From Thermodesulfobacteriota bacterium (GTDB taxonomy: Bacteria > Desulfobacterota > BSN033 > UBA1163), in the NCBI GenBank assembly GCA_026415035.1, contig JAOAHX010000003.1, forward strand, positions 80,759 through 144,758: a stretch of 64,000 bases of DNA, given 5' to 3'. Below are positions 47,844-56,678 of this stretch, in pieces. The notes under the pieces were generated by a model. It made no database searches. It saw only the letters and a list, made by a program, of their open reading frames with translations, and had not been told where the DNA came from. The position numbers and the translations under genes are program-made. The first letter of the stretch is position 1, and each line of letters begins with the position of its first letter.

Positions 47844-49610
47844 TCATTTCGGGGAAACCATCCCTCCCAAGGAAGACCGCCCGGTCACCAGCCGAATCGT
47901 GAGCAGGGCGAGGACCACGATCCCCACGACCACCGTGCACATGGCGTTGGCACTGGCCGTTCGGCCGTCCACATCGAGAAAGATGATCTCAATGGCCGCC
48001 AGCTTGATGGTGGCGGAGACTAGGAAGATGACCGCACTGATGGTGGTCATCGCCCTCATGAAGAAGAAGGTGGCGGTGGAGAGAAAGGCCACCTTCGACA
48101 GGGGAAACACCACCCGGGTGAACGTGGAGATAGGGCCAGCCCCCAGGCTGACGGCCGCCTCCTCCACCGATCGATCGATCTGTTTCAGGTTGGCGATGCT
48201 GGTGAGCACGCCCAGTGTGAAATTGCAGACGATGATATTGATGATGATGAGCCAGATCGTCCCGTAGAGGAAGAAGTAGGGTTTGTTGAAGGCCAGGACA
48301 TACCCCAGTCCCATCACCACCCCGGGGATGGCGGCGGGCAAGACGCAGAGGGTATACAACATCTGCTCCCCTCGGGGTCGTTTCTTTTCGAGGAGGTAGC
48401 CTGCCAGGAGCGTCAGAAACCCGCCTGCGATGGCCACGACGATTGCCACCAGGAAGCTCGTCCAGATCGGAGCATATTTATAACTGATCATGGTCCGGAG
48501 GGTTCCCTCCGGCAGGATCGAGGCCCAGAAGTCCGTCCAGAGAGGGGCATGGGCGCCGAGGGAGGGAAAATCGAAATGTTTCAGGGTAAGGGAAAAATCG
48601 TAGGGCCACGTCCGAACGAAGGAGCCGAGAAAGACCGTGGCGAAGACGAGCAGGATGCAGAGACTGATCAGGCTGCAATAGAGGGTAAACCCCCATTTCT
48701 TCAAAGGCCTGGAGGGGGGCAGAAAAGGACGGGCCTGTCCGCTGATGAGGGCATAACTCTTTCTCGACAGGTAGTAATTGAGGGCGAAGGCCGTGATGGA
48801 GGGAACGAGGAGGATGACGCTGATGGTCGCCCCCAAGTCGAAACGCTGAAGCCCAAAGACCTGAGAGACGATCTCGGTCGCCAGGACGGAGTAATTCCCT
48901 CCGATGACGACCGGGATACCAAAATCCGTGATCGTGAGATTGAAGGTCAAGGCCGCCGCACTGGCGATCCCGTACTTGGCCGAAGGAAGCGTCACTTTAT
49001 AGAAGGTCTTCCATGCCGATGCCCCCAGGCTTTGAGCCGCCTCGTCCAGCCGGGTATCGACCGCGGACAGGGTCGTGTAAAGGATGAAAAGGGCATTGGG
49101 AAAACAGTAGAGGCACTCCCCAACCACAATCCCCGTGGCCCCATAGATATTCCAGCCGGTGTCGAGGAGGTGACGGGTGATCAGACCATTTCGGCCGAAA
49201 AGGAGGATCAGGGCGAGGGCCTGAATGATCGTGGGGGCGATGAGCGGGAAGGTGGAGATCGTATAGAAGATGCCCTTACAGGGGATGGTCGTCCGGGTCA
49301 AACCATAGGCGAAGCCGAAGGCGGCGACGGTCGTGATGGCCATGGTCAGGAGGGAGACGTAGAGGCTATTGGTCAACGATCGGAAGATCCTCGGGTTTGA
49401 GAAATAGGTGACGTAGTGTTCGAGGGTCAGTCTCCCCTCTTTGAAGAAGCTGAGCCGGCAGATATCCACAAGGGGGTAGAGCAGAAAGAGGATGAGGAAG
49501 CCCGTGAAGAAGGCAAAGGCGATTCCGGTAAAGGCCCGATCGGCCGTGATCCGACCCGGAGACAGGGACGCCACCAGGGAAACGGGACGGAGGGGTCCAG
49601 CCCGATTCAC
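47844..49610 (-). CDS. ABC transporter permease, fused double MetI-like domain (FbpB/PhnU-like)
   Basis: 588 aa with two tandem 6-TM halves. It overlaps the ATPase gene by 4 nt. Confidence 0.88.
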   Translation of the reverse strand: MNRAGPLRPVSLVASLSPGRITADRAFTGIAFAFFTGFLILFLLYPLVDICRLSFFKEGRLTLEHYVTYFSNPRIFRSLTNSLYVSLLTMAITTVAAFGFAYGLTRTTIPCKGIFYTISTFPLIAPTIIQALALILLFGRNGLITRHLLDTGWNIYGATGIVVGECLYCFPNALFILYTTLSAVDTRLDEAAQSLGASAWKTFYKVTLPSAKYGIASAAALTFNLTITDFGIPVVIGGNYSVLATEIVSQVFGLQRFDLGATISVILLVPSITAFALNYYLSRKSYALISGQARPFLPPSRPLKKWGFTLYCSLISLCILLVFATVFLGSFVRTWPYDFSLTLKHFDFPSLGAHAPLWTDFWASILPEGTLRTMISYKYAPIWTSFLVAIVVAIAGGFLTLLAGYLLEKKRPRGEQMLYTLCVLPAAIPGVVMGLGYVLAFNKPYFFLYGTIWLIIINIIVCNFTLGVLTSIANLKQIDRSVEEAAVSLGAGPISTFTRVVFPLSKVAFLSTATFFFMRAMTTISAVIFLVSATIKLAAIEIIFLDVDGRTASANAMCTVVVGIVVLALLTIRLVTGRSSLGGMVSPK

Positions 49611-50686
49611 CGCTCTTCCTCTGGATAGATCAGAAAGGACTCGGGAGGGAAATGGAGAAGCACCTCCTCCCCCTGCCTCAATCCTTTCTGCTCGAAGACC
49701 TTCTCGATCACGTCGGCGATCACTTCCTCTCCTCCCGTCTCGATCACGAGTCGAACCGCTGCCCCCAGGAAGGTGATCACGTCGATCTTTCCGGGGAGGA
49801 GATTAAAGGGGATCGCAGAAAGCATCGGGTCGCCGGGCCTGAAGATCTCGATCTTCTCCGGACGGATGGCCAGGATCACCTCTCCCTGGGCTGGCCCCCC
49901 TGTCGGACTGACCTTCAAGCTCCATCTTCCGGTATCGACCACATCACCGATGCGACGCCCTTTGAAAAAGTTGGAGGTCCCGATGAAATCGGCCACGAAA
50001 TTGGAATTTGGAAATTTATAAATCTCGATGGGCCTTCCCACCTGCCGGACCTGGCCGCCTTCCATCACGACCACGCGATCGGCAATCGAAAGGGCCTCCT
50101 CCTGATCGTGGGTGACATAGATCATCGTCTTCCGGAGCTCCTGTTGGAGCCGTTTGATCTCGGCTCGCAGCTTGACCCGGATCTTGGCGTCGAGGGCGCT
50201 CAGGGGTTCGTCCAGGAGGAGAACCTGCGGATTGGGTGCCAAGGCCCGGACCAGGGCCACCCGTTGCTGCTGACCCCCGCTGAGCTGGGCAGGGTAGAGG
50301 TTTTTCCAGTCCCGGAGGCCTACAAGGTCCAGCATCTCGTCGACCCGCTGGGCGATGGCCTGCCGGCTCATCTTTCTCATCTTCAGTCCGAAGGCGATGT
50401 TCTCCTCCACCGTCATGTTGGGAAAGAGGGCATACGACTGGAAGACGATGCCGAACTCCCGCTTCTGGGGGACGAGGTGGTTGATCACTTTTCCCTCGAA
50501 CAAGATCCTTCCTTCGGTTACGGTTTCGAACCCCGTGATCATCCTCAGGATCGTCGTCTTCCCACACCCACTCGGACCGACGAGGCAAACCAACTCTCCT
50601 TCCTCGATCTCCAAGTTGACCCGATCCACCGCGGTCAGGGCGCCAAACCGCTTGGTCAGGTCTTCCAGCTTGAGGTTTCTTCCCAT
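49607..50686 (-). CDS. ABC transporter ATP-binding protein (PotA/FbpC-like with a C-terminal TOBE-type domain)
   Basis: Walker A GPSGCGKTT, signature LSGGQQQR, Walker B LLLDEP. Confidence 0.92.
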   Translation of the reverse strand: MGRNLKLEDLTKRFGALTAVDRVNLEIEEGELVCLVGPSGCGKTTILRMITGFETVTEGRILFEGKVINHLVPQKREFGIVFQSYALFPNMTVEENIAFGLKMRKMSRQAIAQRVDEMLDLVGLRDWKNLYPAQLSGGQQQRVALVRALAPNPQVLLLDEPLSALDAKIRVKLRAEIKRLQQELRKTMIYVTHDQEEALSIADRVVVMEGGQVRQVGRPIEIYKFPNSNFVADFIGTSNFFKGRRIGDVVDTGRWSLKVSPTGGPAQGEVILAIRPEKIEIFRPGDPMLSAIPFNLLPGKIDVITFLGAAVRLVIETGGEEVIADVIEKVFEQKGLRQGEEVLLHFPPESFLIYPEEER

Positions 50687-50739
50687 GCCTCCAGGTCACC
50701 TTTCCCCAATGCGATTTAATGAATTTTTCGACCGATGTC

Positions 50740-50778
50740 AATAAAAAAGGGCATCCCACCCTAAAGCAGGATGCCCTT
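50740..50778 (-). terminator. intrinsic terminator/attenuator between the binding-protein and ATPase genes
   Basis: The minus strand reads AAGGGCATCC, a 12-nt loop, GGATGCCCTT, then TTTTATT. The stem is 10 bp and perfect. Confidence 0.65.
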
Positions 50779-50795
50779 TCAAACCCTCTTCCCTT

Positions 50796-51806
50796 TCATC
50801 GCAAGAAGAGGCTCTCCCATTTCTTCAAAATCTCATCCCGGTGTTTGGCCTGCCAGGCAAAGTCCATCGGATAGAGTCTGATCTCGGACAATTTGGGAAG
50901 ATCGGGTCGGGTGGGAATTCCCGGAAGGGTGACGCCATACTTATATTTTGCATACTCCCTCATGGCGCTTTCGCTGATCGCCCAATCCAAGAACTTCTTG
51001 GCGGCGGCTACGTTTTTGGCCCCTTTGAGCAGGGCGTTGGCCTCCACTTCGTAGCCAGCCCCTTCGATCGGGAAGACGAACTCGACCGGAAAGCCCTGCT
51101 TCTTCTGTTCGGCCACCACATAATCGAAGGAAGCGCCCACCGCGAATTCACCCTGGGCCGCCATTTTGGCCGGTCTCGAACCGCTCTTGATATACTGGCC
51201 GATATTCTTATCGAGTTTTTTCAAAAATTCCCAGCCGTCTTCCTTCCCTTCCTTGGCCCCGTACATCTGGAGGATGCTCGAGACCTGAAGGAATCCCGTT
51301 CCGGAGGCCACCGGATTGGGCATGGCGATCAGTCCCTTGAACCTCGGATCGAGCAGGTCGTTCCAGCCTCGCGGCATGGGCAACCCCTTCTCCTTCAAGA
51401 CCTTCGTATTGACGCAGAAGGCCGCGATGTACATATCGATGCCGACATATTGAAATTCAGGATGGACAAATCGCTTCTCCAGCTTCTCGACCCCCCTGGG
51501 TTTATAGGGTTCCAGCATCCCTTTGAGGATAAAATCCTCCATATTGGTTACGGCCCATCCCCAGATGAGGTCGGCCTGGGGGTTGGCCCTTTCGGCCAGC
51601 ATCCTGGCCCCTAACTCCCCTGTGGAGAGTCGAATGATGTGGATGTCCAAGCCGGGGAGTTCCTTTCGGGCCAGTTTCAGGTACTCGGCCACCTCATCGG
51701 TCTCAAGGGAGGTGTAGACCACCACCCTCTCCTGCGCCAGGCCGGCACCGATGAAAAAGGTCAGGACGATCCATACCGCTCCTCCAATCCACCCGATTCG
51801 TTTCAT
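50796..51806 (-). CDS. periplasmic substrate-binding protein, Fe(3+)/2-aminoethylphosphonate-type (SBP family 1)
   Basis: 336 aa with a signal peptide (WIVLTFFIGAGLA) and the VVVYTS...LIWG pattern of the FbpA/PhnS-like family. SD is AAGGAGGAG. Confidence 0.85.
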   Translation of the reverse strand: MKRIGWIGGAVWIVLTFFIGAGLAQERVVVYTSLETDEVAEYLKLARKELPGLDIHIIRLSTGELGARMLAERANPQADLIWGWAVTNMEDFILKGMLEPYKPRGVEKLEKRFVHPEFQYVGIDMYIAAFCVNTKVLKEKGLPMPRGWNDLLDPRFKGLIAMPNPVASGTGFLQVSSILQMYGAKEGKEDGWEFLKKLDKNIGQYIKSGSRPAKMAAQGEFAVGASFDYVVAEQKKQGFPVEFVFPIEGAGYEVEANALLKGAKNVAAAKKFLDWAISESAMREYAKYKYGVTLPGIPTRPDLPKLSEIRLYPMDFAWQAKHRDEILKKWESLFLR

Positions 51807-51983
51807 AAGCTTCTCCTCCTTGCTCCCCCTTGAATTTCAGGTGACCTTGATATGTCCCGAAGGGGACCTTTTCTCCTTCTTCCTTCGCGTCGCCTCCCGT
51901 CTTCTTCTATATCTATCGAAACCCACCCCTTTTGTCAATTCCCCTTTTTCGGGGTTCTCCTCAAATCCCGAAGCTTCTCGGAT

Positions 51984-53117
51984 TCAGGCATGAGGGAGGA
52001 AGGCTCTTCCGAAAAGGCCTTGGCCGATCTCGATCTTCAAGGTTGCACTGGCGATCTGCATCGCTTTTACATCCCGGAGGTAGCGCTCGAGGGGGAGTTC
52101 CCTTGAGTATCCCATCCCCCCGAAGACATCCATCGCATGATCCACAACCCTATAGGCCACCTCCCCGCCCAGCAAATTGGCCATCGCCGCCCACACCGAG
52201 GCCTCCTCAGTCCCCCTCTCGATCATTGAGAGGGCTTGAAAACATAAGAGCCGTGCCGCTTCGAGGGAGGTTCGATCCTCGGCCAACCTGAATTGAATCC
52301 CCTCAAACTTGCCCAGAGGTTTCCCGAAGACCTTCCGGACCTTGGCGTAGTTGACCGCATCCTCCAGGGCTTGTCTTGCTGTCCCAAGGGCGATTAATCC
52401 TGTAAGAGACCTCTGCTCCTGGACGGTTCTCTTCAACATCAGGAGGGCACTCCCTTCCTCCCCGATGAGATTCCCGTGAGGGATCTCTACCTGCTGGAAG
52501 GCCACATTGCCCCACTGGGTTCCCCTCCATCCAAAACCCTCAAGCCTCTGAATATCGATCCGGTTCCGGTCCCTTTCAATAAAAAAGCAACTGATGCCCT
52601 CTTTCGCCTCCGTTTTGGCCAACACGATGAATCCCTGGGCGACTCCGGCAAAAGTGACCATCGACTTTTCGCCCTCGATCACCCAAAGACCCTGGTGCCT
52701 CCTCGCCTCTGTCCGGAGGGCACCGAGATCGGACCCCGCCTCCGGTTCCGTAGCCCCGAAGGCCAAGACATATTTCCCTTTCACCAATTCCGGGAGAATC
52801 GTCTTTCGGATCGATTCTGAGGCATTAAGGAGGACCCGGCCGGTGATGTTCGAACTGCAGAGGACGATGGCGCAATTGTGGTCGAACCGGGCAACCTCCT
52901 CAAAGGCGAGGCCACAAGTGACCAGATCCACCTCCGAGCCTCCGTAAATTTTAGGCAACCGCAATCCGGTCAACCCGATTCCGGCCATCTTCTCCAGGCT
53001 CTCCCAAGGAAACGCCTCGGAAGCATCCCAGTGAGCGGCCAGGGGGGCAAGCTCCTTGCTTGCAAATTGATGGATACTCTGCTGGATGAGCTTCTGCTCC
53101 TCATTCAACTCGAACAT
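51984..53117 (-). CDS. acyl-CoA dehydrogenase
   Basis: MFELNEEQKLIQ start (SD GGGAGAGGAGA), ATEPEAGSD, and the C-terminal YEGT-like region (LRDVKAMQIASAT). Start reassigned from 53186. Confidence 0.88.
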   Translation of the reverse strand: MFELNEEQKLIQQSIHQFASKELAPLAAHWDASEAFPWESLEKMAGIGLTGLRLPKIYGGSEVDLVTCGLAFEEVARFDHNCAIVLCSSNITGRVLLNASESIRKTILPELVKGKYVLAFGATEPEAGSDLGALRTEARRHQGLWVIEGEKSMVTFAGVAQGFIVLAKTEAKEGISCFFIERDRNRIDIQRLEGFGWRGTQWGNVAFQQVEIPHGNLIGEEGSALLMLKRTVQEQRSLTGLIALGTARQALEDAVNYAKVRKVFGKPLGKFEGIQFRLAEDRTSLEAARLLCFQALSMIERGTEEASVWAAMANLLGGEVAYRVVDHAMDVFGGMGYSRELPLERYLRDVKAMQIASATLKIEIGQGLFGRAFLPHA

Positions 53118-53423
53118 CCGTCTCCTCTCCCGACGCCTTTCTGCAAAAAGATGTGGAAGGGATCCCAATCGGGCTGGAACGGGCAAAGCCGACCCATGGC
53201 GGCTTCATTGGATGAGGCCATGTTACGTGGAATCGCTCCCCTTGTCAAGCAACCCGCAAGGGGAGGAAGCGGACCCTAAAGTAATACAACCAAAAAAGCG
53301 ATAGACCTCCTGTTGAAAACCTTGCTATTTTTCTGACATAATTCGTCCATAAAAGTGCCTTTTTTTGGTAGGGGAGGGTTGCTTTTTTCAGATATTTTAT
53401 GAAATTAGGAGTCAAAGTTTTTT

Positions 53424-53439
53424 TGGCATTTTAATTGCT
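53424..53439 (+). promoter_or_regulatory. candidate sigma-54 (-24/-12) promoter
   Basis: TGGCATTTTAATTGCT fits TGGCAC-N5-TTGCW with exact GG/GC spacing. It lies in a roughly 400-nt AT-rich intergenic region, about 76 nt upstream of ATG 53515. Confidence 0.5.
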
Positions 53440-53514
53440 AAAATCACAAAAAGGGACCAATCTCTTGATCCAAAGGGCAACCCTTGGTGAGGGGAAGGTC
53501 TGAGTTTAGGTCTT

Positions 53515-55266
53515 ATGAAATATAGCAAAGGGCTATCTCCGCAGGCTAAGAAGGTAGAGAACTTCGCGATTACCCTTTTGCAACTGATTCGGGGCGTCCG
53601 CGTCTACCCGGCAAAGCATCCGACCATCATCGAGGCAGCCCAGAGGGTCCTTCGGTCCATACCCTGGGAGGCTACCGGTACGCTCACGATCGGGGTCACC
53701 CCAAAAGAGTTGATCGTTTCGGGAGAATTTATCGGCCATAAGGCCAGCGAGCTCGCTTCCTTCCTCCATGAGAAGAAGATCCTTCAGGTGAGCTGGACGC
53801 ATGGAGTGACCCTCGACGATCTCTGGGCCTTTGCCCGGGTCGTTTCCACTCCAAAGCTTGAAGGCGAGTTGTTACGAGAAAAACTCCGAAACGAAGTCCC
53901 TACGATCGACATCCTCCCCCTAAACCTCCGCGAGATTCATCGGGAGACGATGGACACACCGCAGGATCCCCAGGCCACCTCAGAGGAGAGAAGGCGCCGG
54001 GCCTGGCTCGTCCTGATGAGTCAGGATTCGTCGGCGGACCAGTTGGCGTCGGTGATCACCACGGAAGAATTCTGGAATGCCGCAAAGGAGGAGTGGACCC
54101 GAACAGGCCTCGGAGACTCCGAGGGGTTTACGGAGTTTCTTCTGAGGCTGGGCGAACGCCTTGAAGAGGCCCTGGCCCTTCTGCCTCCCTCTCAACGCGA
54201 GGTGATCCTCAATTACCTGGCCCAAATGGGCAGGTGCCTCGCCATCCGGGACCTCGTTCGGATCGTCGGAAGGGAGGGCGAAGAGTCGAAAAGGCTCGGC
54301 CTCGTGAGATCGTCTTTGTTGAGGGATCTCGATCTGGAGCGTTTCGTCGACCTCCTCGCAGGCCTGGCCGCGATGGGAGAACGGGGAACCCAGCGATTCG
54401 TCGAGATCTATCGCCGTTTCCTCCCGGTGACGGACCCCCAAGAAGTCCTTGCCCTTGTGCGTTCCAAGATGGCCCAATCCGAGGCGAGCGGGATCTCCCC
54501 AGAGGTCTGGAAGACCGTTGAAACCTTGATCCTGAATCTGACCGAAAACCCCTTCATGGACTCGGAATATTCCGATTCTCTCAGATCCTTTATGGAGGCC
54601 TCCAAATCGTCTTCGATGGACGAAAAAACAGACCTCCCCTTAGAATCTCCGGATTATTTTTTGGATTTTCTCTATCTGGCGTTGGGCCTCGAGGAGGAGC
54701 AACTGTTCCAGACCAAGCTGATCGAAAGGATCAAAGCCAGGACCGAGCAGCTCGGTCCCTTCGGCGTCTTAAGCTTTGTGGCGGCTGTCGATCGCACCTT
54801 TCCGAGGCTTCTTGACTCCCACGCCTACCTCGTTCGGTCCCTCTTCGAGAAAGGGCTCTCGGCCATCGGAAAGGCCACCTTCAAGGAAAGACAGAGTTTC
54901 ATTCGCTTCGCCCTCACCCACGAAAAATGCCTCCTCGACACCGCCCTCAAGGCCTTGGCGGAGGAGAGGAAGATCTCCACCCGTTTCTTCCTCGTCAATC
55001 TCCTCTCCTGCTTCTCCTTTTCCTCGACCCCCGTATTCATCTCCAAATCGAGGACCGGGCCTTGGTATCTCGCTCGGAATCTCGCGATCGTCCTCGGCCA
55101 GCAGGGCTTTCCCCAGGTGCTTCCTCACCTGCGCGCCTTGACCCACCATCCCCATCCCAAGGTGAAAAAAGAGGCGGTCCACGTCCTGAAGAGGTTTGAA
55201 TCTACGGGTGAGGAGACCCTCGCCCTCGAAATGGATCCGCTCCCCCGGTCTCCGATGAGATCCTGA
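53515..55266 (+). CDS. hypothetical protein; N-terminal domain related to that of the downstream HD-GYP protein, HEAT-like C-terminus
   Basis: 583-aa ORF with the C-terminal HEAT-like motif LPHLRALTHHPHPKVKKEAVHVLKRF. The N-terminal R..RVYP...II.A / L.I.V...ELIV pattern recurs in the ORF at 55282. Confidence 0.65.
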   Translation: MKYSKGLSPQAKKVENFAITLLQLIRGVRVYPAKHPTIIEAAQRVLRSIPWEATGTLTIGVTPKELIVSGEFIGHKASELASFLHEKKILQVSWTHGVTLDDLWAFARVVSTPKLEGELLREKLRNEVPTIDILPLNLREIHRETMDTPQDPQATSEERRRRAWLVLMSQDSSADQLASVITTEEFWNAAKEEWTRTGLGDSEGFTEFLLRLGERLEEALALLPPSQREVILNYLAQMGRCLAIRDLVRIVGREGEESKRLGLVRSSLLRDLDLERFVDLLAGLAAMGERGTQRFVEIYRRFLPVTDPQEVLALVRSKMAQSEASGISPEVWKTVETLILNLTENPFMDSEYSDSLRSFMEASKSSSMDEKTDLPLESPDYFLDFLYLALGLEEEQLFQTKLIERIKARTEQLGPFGVLSFVAAVDRTFPRLLDSHAYLVRSLFEKGLSAIGKATFKERQSFIRFALTHEKCLLDTALKALAEERKISTRFFLVNLLSCFSFSSTPVFISKSRTGPWYLARNLAIVLGQQGFPQVLPHLRALTHHPHPKVKKEAVHVLKRFESTGEETLALEMDPLPRSPMRS

Positions 55267-55281
55267 AAGGGCTCCCGAAAG

Positions 55282-56574
55282 ATGTTTCAGGACGTGCTCA
55301 CATATTTCCTCAACAATCTCGGCAGCCTCTATCGAATGCGCCGCATCTATCCTCAGGGCAGCAAACAGGTCTTGCAGACAGCCAAGCAGGCCCACCAGAG
55401 GCTCTCCGAATGGGGAAAACCGGTAAGGATCACCCTTCTCGGACAGGATCTGATCCTCGAGGACCGGAGGATCGATCCCATCCCCGCCACCTTCCAAGCG
55501 CTCTTTCAGGCCCTTCAGCAACTGGGATTCGAGAGAATCCAGATCGATGCCGAGGCCCAGGTGGAGGATCTTCTGGATTGGATCGAGCATATCTTCTCGA
55601 AACAACGGACCCCCTACCAGAGTTCCAAGATCTTAACGGGATGGATGAATCTTCAACACCGGACGTCCCCGCAATCCCTCTTCACCCGTTCCATCATGGG
55701 CTATCTGGGATTCCTCGCTGAAACCCAGGGAATCCTCACGGATCTCGAGGCCAGAAAACCCGAAGGGATCGTCCGAGCCCGGGAGGTCGTCTGCACGATC
55801 GTCTCCCGATTGACCATTGTGCGGGAGTTGTTTGAACCGATTCGGGAGCTCAAAAATTTTGATGACTATACCTACACCCACGCCCTCAACGTCTGCATCC
55901 TCTCCTCGGCCCTGGCCAGGGCCCTCCGCTTCAACGAGGAGGTGGTCAACACCGTGGCCATGGCGGGTCTCTGCCACGACCTCGGGAAGAAGGAGGTTCC
56001 CAAAGAGATTCTGAATCAGAAAGGGACCCTTCGGTCAGAGGATTGGAAGCTGATGGAAAAACATCCCTACTGGGGGGCGAAACTCCTTCTCGAGATTCCG
56101 AATGTGGAAGCGAACCATCCCCTTCTTCCCGTGGTGGCCTTTCAGCACCATATGGGGTATGACCAGTCCGGATACCCGAAGGTTCAGCCGAGGATGCCCT
56201 TTTATCCCCTCCACATCGCGAGCCAGCTGGTCGCCATCTCGGATGTCTACGATGCCCTGAGGACCGTCCGGCCCTACCGGCCCGCCCTTTCGGTCGAGAA
56301 GGCGGCAACCTTCCTCATCCGGGATGCCTGGTCCGGAAAACTGAACCGGGAATTCGTCTCCGCTTTTCTCCTCCTTCTGAACGTCCTTTCGGCGGGGAGG
56401 AGAGTCGTCCTCTCCGATGGGACGCGAGGAAGGATCGTCGAAGCCCACTCGGACCGCCCCCTCTGTCCCATGATAGGGGATGAGCAAGGCCGGATCTTCG
56501 ATCTTTCGGATCCCGCAGCCCCCCGGATCTGGGAGATCGAAGAGGAGGTGGCCGAAGGCGATCAGCCAAATTAG
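55282..56574 (+). CDS. HD-GYP domain protein (putative c-di-GMP phosphodiesterase)
   Basis: 430 aa with H..N (HALNV), HDLGK and HHMGYDQSGYP motifs. Confidence 0.88.
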   Translation: MFQDVLTYFLNNLGSLYRMRRIYPQGSKQVLQTAKQAHQRLSEWGKPVRITLLGQDLILEDRRIDPIPATFQALFQALQQLGFERIQIDAEAQVEDLLDWIEHIFSKQRTPYQSSKILTGWMNLQHRTSPQSLFTRSIMGYLGFLAETQGILTDLEARKPEGIVRAREVVCTIVSRLTIVRELFEPIRELKNFDDYTYTHALNVCILSSALARALRFNEEVVNTVAMAGLCHDLGKKEVPKEILNQKGTLRSEDWKLMEKHPYWGAKLLLEIPNVEANHPLLPVVAFQHHMGYDQSGYPKVQPRMPFYPLHIASQLVAISDVYDALRTVRPYRPALSVEKAATFLIRDAWSGKLNREFVSAFLLLLNVLSAGRRVVLSDGTRGRIVEAHSDRPLCPMIGDEQGRIFDLSDPAAPRIWEIEEEVAEGDQPN

Positions 56575-56605
56575 ATTGAGGGAGTTGATCTGAAAAATAA
56601 ATGAC

Positions 56606-56648
56606 GAGGCCCGGAAGAGCAACGCCCCGGGCCTCATTCTTTATCTTT
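56606..56648. terminator. bidirectional terminator between convergent genes
   Basis: GAGGCCCGG, a 12-nt loop, then CCGGGCCTC. The hairpin is flanked by an A-rich run upstream (GAAAAATAAA) and a T-rich run downstream (ATTCTTTATCTTT). Confidence 0.6.
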
Positions 56649-56678
56649 GGGTCGAGGGTTTCCGCGCGTAGAGGTGCC

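Noticed and set aside
53471-53483. CAAAGGGCAACCC reminiscent of the GGCAAACC element of c-di-GMP-I (GEMM) riboswitches, upstream of the HD-GYP operon.
   Set aside because: The second conserved element (GACGCAAAGCC-like) and the paired stems were not found, so the resemblance is probably coincidental.
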